This document shows, one piece after another, positions 10,611 through 17,884 of a stretch of DNA of 32,000 nt (positions are counted from its first letter, which is position 1; every line of letters starts with the position of its first letter). The notes below the pieces were generated by a model. That model saw only the letters and a list, made by a program, of their open reading frames with translations. It was not told where the DNA came from and made no database searches. The DNA comes from Pseudoalteromonas tetraodonis. GTDB lineage: Bacteria > Pseudomonadota > Gammaproteobacteria > Enterobacterales > Alteromonadaceae. The stretch is from contig NZ_CP011041.1 of NCBI RefSeq assembly GCF_002310835.1, positions 2,580,001-2,612,000 on the forward strand. The letters are read 5' to 3'. The position numbers were made by a program, and so were the translations under genes.

Positions 10611-11243
10611 TTACGCCAATGGCCGCTTAACATTGCGCCAATTAATATTGGCAGCCAATAACATTTCCCGTAACGATAATAACCGTGGCGTACTGCGCTT
10701 TGAAAACTGCCACTGGTGGCCACAACACGCCGCAGCAAGCGTTGCTTTGTTGGGTTTGAGTAATTGCGCACTTTGCTGCTCAAGCCCTTGACCTAAAAAA
10801 TCAAACCAGCCAAGCTCATTGCAATGAACCTGTGTTTTAGTTACTTGATCAATGCTGTCTATTCTAACCCGAATTTGGCCGTGATTTTGTAATAATACAG
10901 GAATAATCAGCCCAACTTTGGCATAGACTTGATAAAAAAGTTCATTCGCTGAAGAATTAACTTCTGGCGGAGTTGGTTTTTGCTTTTCAAGCCACCCACC
11001 ATTTTGCGCATCGAGCGTAAAAGGCGATGTTGCATTAGCCACCCGTGTTGCGGCACGTTCAATGTAATAAGGCAGGCTTTTTAATTGCCTGCGTAAACGA
11101 TCACCATTAGGTTCAGCCACTAAGCGCTGCACCTCACGCTGATAAAAGGCATTACATAATTGTGCATAAAGCACTTTTTGTGCATCAGTTTGCCACATTT
11201 CAACTTGTTGGTTTGTGTCAAACTGCTTATTTTTACTGACCAA
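10611..11243 (-). CDS. hypothetical protein (about 195-210 aa), no family recognised
   Basis: A long ORF co-directional with ftsB, 35 nt upstream of it. The tracked start is a TTG; the first ATG is at 11198 (MWQTDAQK...). I see no motif I can name. Confidence 0.55.
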   Translation of the reverse strand: MVSKNKQFDTNQQVEMWQTDAQKVLYAQLCNAFYQREVQRLVAEPNGDRLRRQLKSLPYYIERAATRVANATSPFTLDAQNGGWLEKQKPTPPEVNSSANELFYQVYAKVGLIIPVLLQNHGQIRVRIDSIDQVTKTQVHCNELGWFDFLGQGLEQQSAQLLKPNKATLAAACCGHQWQFSKRSTPRLLSLREMLLAANINWRNVKRPLA

Positions 11244-11313
11244 TCGCTGTACTCAAAAACACCTTAATAGATGTTTTATAACACAGTAATGCACAGTTTT
11301 TAAGCACCGATTG

Positions 11314-11787
11314 TTAGGGCTTTTCGCCTAATTTCGCAATGCCTGATTCTAAAAATTGCACAACCGTATTACGTTTTTTTCCAATTAATAAACTGCCATC
11401 GGCTAAAAACATAAAGTTTTGCCAGTTGCGTTTAAACACATCAAAGCTCGTTTCAATAATATTATCGCGCGCCATACAAAAATAAACGGTGGTGTTAGCC
11501 TGCCAGTCTAGGTGGTTTAAAATAGCGTCAGGAAATTGGGGATCTTCGCTTTCCCATGCGTCTTCCCAATTTACTTCTTGGCTAAAGTTTTGCTCTTGCG
11601 CGCACCAATCGGTTTTATCAAAAAAGTCAGGATGATCATGTTCACGACTCACCATGGTTGTCCATAGCACTGCAGCACGCTCGCTGGTCATCGGTTTAAT
11701 ATTAGCTGCATCAATATCTGAAACCGGAATATCTTTGTGGCGAAATACCCAGGCTTTTTTGTAATCATCAAGAGAAATATAATTCAT
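11314..11787 (-). CDS. hypothetical acidic, Trp-rich cytoplasmic protein (157 aa)
   Basis: A clean ATG ORF (MNYISLDDYKKAWVF...) with no TM segment or signal peptide. I cannot assign a family from memory. Confidence 0.65.
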   Translation of the reverse strand: MNYISLDDYKKAWVFRHKDIPVSDIDAANIKPMTSERAAVLWTTMVSREHDHPDFFDKTDWCAQEQNFSQEVNWEDAWESEDPQFPDAILNHLDWQANTTVYFCMARDNIIETSFDVFKRNWQNFMFLADGSLLIGKKRNTVVQFLESGIAKLGEKP

Positions 11788-11848
11788 AGTATTGGCGTAT
11801 TCTTTGGCATAATAAAAAGCGAAGGCAAATTATACAAGATAACAGACT

Positions 11849-12073
11849 ATGACTACAGCACTAAAACTGGGTTTATATCAACACTACAAAGGCCCACAAT
11901 ATAAAGTTATGCATGTGGCAACTCACAGCGAAACCAACGAGCAATTGGTTATTTACCAAGCCTTATACGGTGAATACGGCATATGGGCACGCCCACTAAG
12001 TATGTTTACTGAAACCGTTGAAAAAGACGGTAAAACGATTGCGCGTTTTGCCTACCTTGGTGAAGCCGATTAA
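11849..12073 (+). CDS. DUF1653-family small protein (74 aa)
   Basis: YQHYKGPQYKVMHVATHSETNEQLVIYQALYGEYGIWARPLSMFTE matches the DUF1653 signature as I recall it (YxHYKG...HSET.E.LVVYxALYG..WVRPL.MF). Confidence 0.75.
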   Translation: MTTALKLGLYQHYKGPQYKVMHVATHSETNEQLVIYQALYGEYGIWARPLSMFTETVEKDGKTIARFAYLGEAD

Positions 12074-12123
12074 CTATGGCATTATAACGCATAATAATTA
12101 CTGCTCAGACCAGAGGATGACCC

Positions 12124-12972
12124 GTGCAATTTAATTCTACTGATAATTACATCGCAAGCTCAGCATTAAAACAGGCCGTAAACGCCGCTATTATGCTGCA
12201 AAAGCCGCTTTTAATTAAAGGCGAGCCGGGCACAGGTAAAACCATGTTGGCTGAAGAGCTGGCAAAAAGTTTAGATACCGAGTTGATTCAGTGGCATATA
12301 AAATCAACCACTAAAGCGCAGCAAGGTTTGTACGAGTACGATGCCGTATCACGACTACGCGACAGCCAGCTAGGTGATGAGCGCGTTCACAATATTAGTA
12401 ACTACATAGTTAAAGGTAAGCTGTGGCAAGCCTTCATGTACGCTGAGCTAAACGGAAAACGCCCAGTACTCCTGATTGACGAAATAGACAAAGCCGATAT
12501 TGAGTTTCCAAACGATTTACTACTCGAACTCGATAAAATGGAATTTCATGTATACGAAACCGGTGAGCGCATTGTGGCCAAAGAGCGCCCTATTGTGATC
12601 ATCACATCAAACAATGAAAAAGAGCTGCCCGATGCGTTTTTACGCCGCTGCTTTTTCCATTATATTGATTTTCCAAATAGCGACGAAATGCAGCAAATTA
12701 TTGATGTGCACTACCCGCATGTTAAACAAGATTTAGTTCGCCAAGCACTTGAAGTGTTTTTTAACTTACGCGAAGCCAACGGCCTTAAAAAGAAGCCATC
12801 CACCAGCGAGTTACTGGATTGGTTAAAACTATTAATGGCTGAAGATATAGACGCAAAAACCCTGCACGACAAAGCGCAAAAAGGCGGCTTAATGCCGATG
12901 TTTGGCGCACTACTTAAAAACGAGCAAGACATAAGCCTAATCGAAAAGCTCGCGTTTATGAGCCGTCGCTAA
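12124..12972 (+). CDS. MoxR-type AAA+ ATPase (CoxD-like)
   Basis: Walker A GEPGTGKTMLAE, Walker B VLLIDEIDKA, ITSNNEKELPDAFLRRC (sensor/Arg region). About 280 aa, single AAA module. GTG start with AGGA 6 nt upstream. Confidence 0.88.
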   Translation: MQFNSTDNYIASSALKQAVNAAIMLQKPLLIKGEPGTGKTMLAEELAKSLDTELIQWHIKSTTKAQQGLYEYDAVSRLRDSQLGDERVHNISNYIVKGKLWQAFMYAELNGKRPVLLIDEIDKADIEFPNDLLLELDKMEFHVYETGERIVAKERPIVIITSNNEKELPDAFLRRCFFHYIDFPNSDEMQQIIDVHYPHVKQDLVRQALEVFFNLREANGLKKKPSTSELLDWLKLLMAEDIDAKTLHDKAQKGGLMPMFGALLKNEQDISLIEKLAFMSRR

Positions 12973-12973
12973 T

Positions 12974-14161
12974 ATGTTGGTACAGTTTTTTTTCACGCTA
13001 CGCAAATACCGCTTACCCGTGAGTCTGCGCGAACTGCTCGATTTAATAAACGCTTTAAAACAAGGTGTTGTATTTGCTGATGTAGACGCCTTTTATCATT
13101 TAGCGCGCACTATTATGGTAAAAGACGAAACGCACTTTGATCGATTTGATAAAGCCTTTAGCGATTACTTTAGCGGTATTGCCGACTTAGACCTGCTCGA
13201 GAGCTTAAAACAGCAGCACAACTTACCTGAAGATTGGTTGCGTAAAGAGTTTGAAAAGCACCTAAGCGATGAAGAAAAAGCTCAACTAAAAGCCATGGGC
13301 GGGCTAGACGAGCTGATGAAAACTCTTAAAGAGCGTTTAGAAGAACAGCAAAAACGCCACGCTGGCGGCAATAAGTGGGTAGGTACCGGCGGCACCTCGC
13401 CTTTTGGGGCATACGGCTATAACCCTGAGGGCATACGCATTGGTCAAGACGGCAACCGCAATCGCCAAGCGGTAAAAGTGTGGGATAAGCGCGAATACCG
13501 TAACCTCGATTCTGACCGCGAAATTGGCTCACGCACTATAAAGCTGGCCCTTAAAAAACTACGCAAATTTGCCCGCACTGGCGCAAGCGACACCCTTGAT
13601 TTAAACGAAACCATACGCGCGACCGCCAAACAAGGTGGCATGCTCGATGTAAAAATGGCACCCGAGCGCCACAATGCAGTAAAAGTATTGATGCTGTTTG
13701 ATATTGGCGGCTCAATGGATGACTACATTCATACCTGTGAAGAACTATTTAGCGCCGCCCACAGCGAATTTAAACATTTAGAGTTTTACTACTTTCATAA
13801 CTGTTTATACGAACATGTTTGGCAAGATAACCAACGCCGCCACTCAAACGTTATTGACACCATGACGCTGATCAACAAGTTTACCAGCGACTACAAAGTT
13901 ATATTTGTCGGTGATGCCACTATGGGCCCGTATGAAATTGCCTATCCTGGCGGCTCAGTAGAACATTGGAATGAAGAATCCGGCAGCGCGTGGTTGGCAC
14001 GAATCACTAATCACTTTGATAAAGTCGCGTGGCTCAACCCACAACCGGTTGAACACTGGCCGTATTATCAATCAATTGATTTTATAAAGCAGCTAATGAA
14101 CAACCGCATGTACCCGCTGAGTTTAGATGGAATAAGTAGCGCGATAAAAGAGCTGAGTTAA
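12974..14161 (+). CDS. VWA domain protein, CoxE-like partner of the MoxR ATPase
   Basis: It starts 1 nt after the ATPase stop. The CoxE-type N-terminus is FFFTLRKYRLPVSLRELLDLINAL. The C-terminal VWA has a MIDAS-like VLMLFDIGGSMD, with the first Ser of DxSxS replaced by Gly. Confidence 0.88.
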   Translation: MLVQFFFTLRKYRLPVSLRELLDLINALKQGVVFADVDAFYHLARTIMVKDETHFDRFDKAFSDYFSGIADLDLLESLKQQHNLPEDWLRKEFEKHLSDEEKAQLKAMGGLDELMKTLKERLEEQQKRHAGGNKWVGTGGTSPFGAYGYNPEGIRIGQDGNRNRQAVKVWDKREYRNLDSDREIGSRTIKLALKKLRKFARTGASDTLDLNETIRATAKQGGMLDVKMAPERHNAVKVLMLFDIGGSMDDYIHTCEELFSAAHSEFKHLEFYYFHNCLYEHVWQDNQRRHSNVIDTMTLINKFTSDYKVIFVGDATMGPYEIAYPGGSVEHWNEESGSAWLARITNHFDKVAWLNPQPVEHWPYYQSIDFIKQLMNNRMYPLSLDGISSAIKELS

Positions 14162-14215
14162 ATATTAATTTACGACAGCTCAGCAGCAGAGCTTCGGGCG
14201 TGAACCTATAACTTT

Positions 14216-14290
14216 GTTGGGTGGCGCCTTCGGCTTAACCAACCTACCTTTGACGTAGGTCGAATAAGTGGCGAAGCCACGCCATCCGAC
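14216..14290. repeat. pair of inverted REP-like imperfect palindromes (BIME-like)
   Basis: The reverse complement of 14216-14247 is gtaggttggttaagccgaaggcgccacccaac, and 14255-14290 is gtaggtcgaataagtggcgaagccacgccatccgac. Both resemble the enterobacterial REP shape GTAGG..(G/A)ATAAG...GC.CATCCG(G/A)C. They face each other across a 7-nt spacer. Confidence 0.6.
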
Positions 14291-14330
14291 AAAATGATCG
14301 ATGTACCAGAAACAATCCGATGCACCGCGT

Positions 14331-14398
14331 TAATGAACAACCGCATGTACCCACTTAGTTTAAATGAGATAAGTAAAGCGATAAAAAAACTTAGTTAA
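14331..14398 (+). repeat. diverged 68-bp duplicate of the VWA gene 3' end (relic or att-like copy)
   Basis: It aligns without gaps to 14094-14161 at 58/68 identical. The first 22 nt are identical. The reading frame and the stop position are retained (MNNRMYPLSLNEISKAIKKLS*). Confidence 0.85.
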
Positions 14399-14413
14399 TG
14401 CATTTTAAGTAGC

Positions 14414-14992
14414 TCATACACCATATTTTTGATGGTATTCACTGAGCATGAATTCTAATTGCTTCTCGAAGACTTCAATGGATGGTGTTTTTCCACTTAA
14501 CCGCTGCTGCTTTAGCCATTCAAGTAATTCAATCCTTACTAAATAACCGTCTTCAATGCAGTAACTTGGATCTGAAAGCCAAATTTTTGGAGCTCCTAGT
14601 GAAGCTCCTGAATACCAGTGACAAATGGAATAGCCTTCACTTTCAAGCTTATCACTAAGTTGCCAGCTATAAATCCACCAGGTAATCAGAAATAGAGGGA
14701 AGCATCCTATAATAACAAATAGCCCCCTTCGCATCGATTTCTCTGATATATCACCATGCATTCTTTGATAAATCCCGTAGATGAGTACAAAAAAAGCGGG
14801 CATCATAACTATCAAAGGAATTACTACAGGTTTAATTTTTAACGACATTACATTTTCAGCAATAAGACTTAATGTGCTAATTTCTAATTTAAAGCTGTAG
14901 GCATAGAGAGTAATGATTAAACATAAAACACCTATAGAAAACCACCCCTTTTTAGGGTTGGTAGGTGAGAGTTGATTAGCCGAGCTTGCCAT
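14414..14992 (-). CDS. orphan integral membrane protein (about 192 aa, 3-4 TM plus a soluble C-terminal domain)
   Basis: ATG at 14992 (MASSANQL...); the tracked TTG start is at 15025. The hydrophobic segments are WFSIGVLCLIITLYAY, VVIPLIVMMPAFFVLIYGIY and LFVIIGCFPLFLITWWIY. It is visibly more AT-rich than its neighbours: a hand count on a 60-nt sample gave about 35% GC, against about 50% in the VWA gene. Confidence 0.6.
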   Translation of the reverse strand: MASSANQLSPTNPKKGWFSIGVLCLIITLYAYSFKLEISTLSLIAENVMSLKIKPVVIPLIVMMPAFFVLIYGIYQRMHGDISEKSMRRGLFVIIGCFPLFLITWWIYSWQLSDKLESEGYSICHWYSGASLGAPKIWLSDPSYCIEDGYLVRIELLEWLKQQRLSGKTPSIEVFEKQLEFMLSEYHQKYGV

Positions 14993-15206
14993 TTTAGTAT
15001 CGTCTTCCTGAGTACGGAATACCAAATAAGCGGTTTATAAACTCAATTGGATTGTTATCGTACATTCACTCAGCCCTATCTAACTCATATTTAAACTAAT
15101 TAGGATAAACATCATAATTTTTGACCGTCTTATCTTCGCTCTTTGCAGCCTATCGCGGTCTACAACAGTCGGTATTTATGCAGAGGTTGTTTGATTTGCA
15201 CCTTTC

Positions 15207-15227
15207 ACCTCGAACCTCGAACCTCGA
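15207..15227. repeat. heptanucleotide tandem repeat (acctcga) x3
   Basis: Read directly as acctcgaacctcgaacctcga, immediately downstream of the Nramp-like gene stop. Confidence 0.8.
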
Positions 15228-15235
15228 AAATAAAA

Positions 15236-16468
15236 TCACATCAACTTCCAAACCACAAACGCTACAGCAAAACCAACCAAGTACACTAAACCTAACCACG
15301 TTAAGCTACGCAAAAGTAGACTGTGTTTAATCGCGGGCTCTGAGCGCACTAGGCTGAAGTTAAGCCATGCAAAAACCGGTGTGGTTACAAAAGCAAGTGT
15401 CATTGCAAAGGTAAGCATAGGGCCAAGGGCTGATTTAAAAAATAAAATAACCGCCATACCGGCCAATGCTTGCAGTATAAGCCACGTATTTAAGCTGTGT
15501 TTAGATTGCTTAAAACCAAGTAATTTGTGTGATTCGTTAAGTGTGCGGGCGTAACCGTCAAGTACGGTGAGTGTGGTGCCAAACATACACAAAAACGCGA
15601 TGGCTGATACCAAAGGCCTTGCCCACTCGCCTATTGTTGATGCGTACATATCAATCAGCTGTTTAGCAAACGCTACACCACCGAGCTCTATATTACTGTT
15701 TTGCCCATATTGCACTAACGCACCTAAACTAAAAAATACCAGCGCAAGCCCGGCGGTTAACCAATAACCTAGATTAAAATCGAATAAGCCTTGGTTTTTA
15801 GTCACACTTTGCTGAGCTTGTTTTTCTTTAAGCCACAACGAGCTCAGTGCCGATATTTCAATGGGCGCTGGCATCCAGCCCATTAAGGCAACCATAAAGC
15901 CTAACATGGCAAGTTCATATGGTGAGGGGCCAACGTAGTTTACAGGCGCTACTGGGCCGTTATTTATAGCAATAACCAATGCAGTGATGGTTGCTATAGA
16001 AAGTAGCCCCATAATAGCTTTTGCTACGTTATCGAGCGCTTTAAAATGCCCCAGTAATAATATAATTAAACACACGGCCAATATTACCCAACACAATAAG
16101 GTAACAGGAATGCTAATAGGTAATGCGTAGTGTAATAAGCTCGCCGTAAGCAGCAATACGCCCGCAGTATTTACCACAGCGGCGATAATATTCAGAGCAA
16201 TAAAACTGTAAAAATACCCAGGCCCTTGGTTTTTATACCCTTCTACTAAACTATTTTTGGTGGCGAGTGTGTATTCCATACCAAAACGAAAAAACGGATA
16301 CTTTAAAACGTTAACCACCACAATAAGCCAAAATAGCTGCCAGCCAAATAATGCGCCAGCTTGGGTCGATGCAACTAAGTGTGAGCCACCAATGGCAGCG
16401 GTGGCCATTAAAATACCCGGGCCGAGCGCCCCTAACCGAGACTTCCATGTGCTTTGTGTGTATTGCAT
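15236..16468 (-). CDS. Nramp-superfamily (MntH-like) transporter, atypical binding-site residues
   Basis: 410 aa with about 11 TM segments. TM1 GPGILMATAAIGGSHLVASTQAGALFGWQLFW aligns to E. coli MntH [32 protein letters not shown]. TM6 LMGWMPAPIE aligns to GATIMPHVIY. Confidence 0.85.
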   Translation of the reverse strand: MQYTQSTWKSRLGALGPGILMATAAIGGSHLVASTQAGALFGWQLFWLIVVVNVLKYPFFRFGMEYTLATKNSLVEGYKNQGPGYFYSFIALNIIAAVVNTAGVLLLTASLLHYALPISIPVTLLCWVILAVCLIILLLGHFKALDNVAKAIMGLLSIATITALVIAINNGPVAPVNYVGPSPYELAMLGFMVALMGWMPAPIEISALSSLWLKEKQAQQSVTKNQGLFDFNLGYWLTAGLALVFFSLGALVQYGQNSNIELGGVAFAKQLIDMYASTIGEWARPLVSAIAFLCMFGTTLTVLDGYARTLNESHKLLGFKQSKHSLNTWLILQALAGMAVILFFKSALGPMLTFAMTLAFVTTPVFAWLNFSLVRSEPAIKHSLLLRSLTWLGLVYLVGFAVAFVVWKLM

Positions 16469-16504
16469 TAACTTCTCAAATTTGGTGTGTTATGTGCTTT
16501 TATT

Positions 16505-16523
16505 ATTAATTTTTATCATTAAT
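16505..16523. promoter_or_regulatory. weak Fur-box-like AT-rich site upstream of the Nramp-like gene
   Basis: attaatttttatcattaat matches GATAATGATAATCATTATC at 13/19 by hand, about 40-55 nt upstream of the ATG. AT-rich DNA gives such matches easily. Confidence 0.3.
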
Positions 16524-16564
16524 AAACTGTGTGAGTGCATAACTTACCTAATTTACAGGCAATA

Positions 16565-16590
16565 AAAAAGAGCCCTTAGGCTCTTTTTAA
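16565..16590 (-). terminator. rho-independent terminator after raiA/hpf
   Basis: On the minus strand: stem agagcc / ggctct with loop taag, followed by TTTTTT. Confidence 0.7.
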
Positions 16591-16610
16591 AAATAACACA
16601 TTGTTAGTTA

Positions 16611-16967
16611 TTAATTTAAATCCATCTCTTGGATGATTTCGTGTGCTATTTCAGGTGTGGTACTTACAGGCTTTTCATGTAAGTTCGCTTTTATTTGCCC
16701 TTTACGATGCTTTAGTGCGGCATCGAGTTTTTTAGCTGCGCTGGAAATAGCAGGATACATAACTTCGTTTTCCCCTTTTACCGATATACGCGCACCTTCA
16801 TAATTTGTGCTAATTTCTGCTTGGAACTTATGATGCTCTTTTGAAAGAATAATATCTAGAGATATCAATGATGGAAAATGGCTCGCGACTTTTGAGAACT
16901 TTTCGTTAATGTGTTCTTTAATAGAATCAGTAACGTCAACATGGTGACCAGAAAGATTAATTTTCAT
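16611..16967 (-). CDS. raiA: ribosome-associated translation inhibitor, HPF/RaiA (YfiA) family
   Basis: MKINLSGHHVDVTDSIKEHINEKFSKV...DIILSKEHHKFQAEIS...GENEVMYPAISSAAKKLDAALKHRKGQ follows the S30AE/HPF fold pattern. The length (118 aa) and acidic tail resemble YfiA more than short HPF. Confidence 0.85.
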   Translation of the reverse strand: MKINLSGHHVDVTDSIKEHINEKFSKVASHFPSLISLDIILSKEHHKFQAEISTNYEGARISVKGENEVMYPAISSAAKKLDAALKHRKGQIKANLHEKPVSTTPEIAHEIIQEMDLN

Positions 16968-17097
16968 AGGGTATCCTTTTATTTGTTACCTCATAGTTAG
17001 TATTGGGGGCTAAACGAATTAACACAAGAGAAAAAATGAAAATTACGCAATTATTTATTACCCCACCTGATTTAGATCATTCATTTAGCATTAAGTA

Positions 17098-17125
17098 TGC
17101 AAAAAGCCGCTTTGAAGCGGCCTTT
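17098..17125 (-). terminator. rho-independent terminator after ppnP
   Basis: On the minus strand: ggccgcttcaaagcggc followed by TTTTT. Confidence 0.7.
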
Positions 17126-17156
17126 AGAAATGTTGATAATTTAATCAACCAACAAA

Positions 17157-17471
17157 TTAATCGGTGTATGAACAGCAATAATCAGCAAAATCACTTACTT
17201 TTACATGGAAGCTGACATTAGCATCAACATTAAATGACTCACCCGCATTAAATGTTTTCCACTCGCTTTCACCTGGTAATAACACATCCCACTGCCCTGC
17301 TAACAACTCCATACACTCTTTTTGGTTAGTATTAAACTCAAATTCACCGGGTTGCATAAAACCCAAGGTTTTCGCTTCACCATTTCCTAAAAGCACAGTA
17401 CGACTTGATACTTTGCCATCAAAATACACATTGGCTTTTTTAACCACACTAACGTTATCGAACTTTGGCAT
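17157..17471 (-). CDS. ppnP: pyrimidine/purine nucleoside phosphorylase PpnP (DUF1255/YaiE)
   Basis: [12 protein letters not shown]...[41 protein letters not shown]...F is collinear with E. coli PpnP. GGAG RBS. Confidence 0.88.
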   Translation of the reverse strand: MPKFDNVSVVKKANVYFDGKVSSRTVLLGNGEAKTLGFMQPGEFEFNTNQKECMELLAGQWDVLLPGESEWKTFNAGESFNVDANVSFHVKVSDFADYCCSYTD

Positions 17472-17647
17472 GTTAACTCCTGTTGTTAATTTATAATTTT
17501 GTTACCCCCACAGTGCCTGATACACAAAAACCTTGCAAGTTAAGTGCTGTGAAAATTACTCATCTAAAATCCAAAAGGTTAAAAAAGAACGACTTTATAG
17601 AGAGATATGCTTCGAGCAACGGGCTACAAGTTTCGAACAGTACTTTT

Positions 17648-17703
17648 AGTGATTTATGGACAAAGAGAACTAAAAGACGCTGCGCTTTAGAGAAGTGATC
17701 AAA
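17648..17703. repeat. intergenic repeat unit R1 (contains an 8-bp hairpin, 17643-17650 / 17669-17676)
   Basis: It aligns without gaps to 17781-17836 (offset 133) at 45/56 identical, including a perfect 17-nt block cgctttagagaagtgat. Confidence 0.75.
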
Positions 17704-17746
17704 CAACTATTTTTTATAATTTGGGTTTTGTATTACCTCATTTTCT

Positions 17747-17836
17747 TCTCATTCGCTTCTCTTTGTTCAAATTAATTTTTAATGATTTGTGCACAAAGAG
17801 GGCGATGAGACACTACGCTTTAGAGAAGTGATAAAA
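17747..17836. repeat. intergenic repeat unit R2 plus its inverted partner (long imperfect hairpin 17747-17772 / 17785-17810)
   Basis: tctcattcgcttctctttgttcaaat is an imperfect reverse complement of atttgtgcacaaagagggcgatgaga, with a 12-nt AT loop between them. R2 itself spans 17781-17836. Confidence 0.7.
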
Positions 17837-17844
17837 GTACAGCT

Positions 17845-17884
17845 CATAAAAAAGCCCGCCCTGTTTACACAGCGCGGGCTTTTA
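17845..17884 (-). terminator. rho-independent terminator after tkt
   Basis: On the minus strand: agcccgc-gctgtgtaaacag-gcgggct followed by TTTTTT. Confidence 0.8.

Noticed and set aside
12124-14161. The MoxR-VWA pair as an NTPase-based anti-phage or conflict (ternary MoxR-vWA-VMAP) system.
   Set aside because: There is no large third component and no effector domain (caspase, TIR, nuclease, pore). The N-terminus of the VWA protein is CoxE-like, and the neighbours are housekeeping genes. It looks like the chaperone-type module.
14294-14398. A 35-aa ATG ORF (MIDVPETIRCTALMNNRMYPLSLNEISKAIKKLS) ending in the duplicated VWA tail.
   Set aside because: It has no RBS. Its first half overlaps REP-flanking sequence and its second half is the relic gene end. 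It is most simply a by-product of the duplication, not a gene.
16469-16610. A possible Mn2+ (yybP-ykoY) riboswitch or other structured leader upstream of the Nramp-like gene.
   Set aside because: There are only about 100 nt of very AT-rich sequence between the raiA terminator and the ATG. It has no GGGGAGUAG-like conserved core and no stable stems.
17483-17698. A 71-aa tracked ORF in the tkt-ppnP spacer.
   Set aside because: It has a TTG start and no Shine-Dalgarno, a basic low-complexity product, and it reads straight through the repeat and hairpin R1. It is more likely non-coding.
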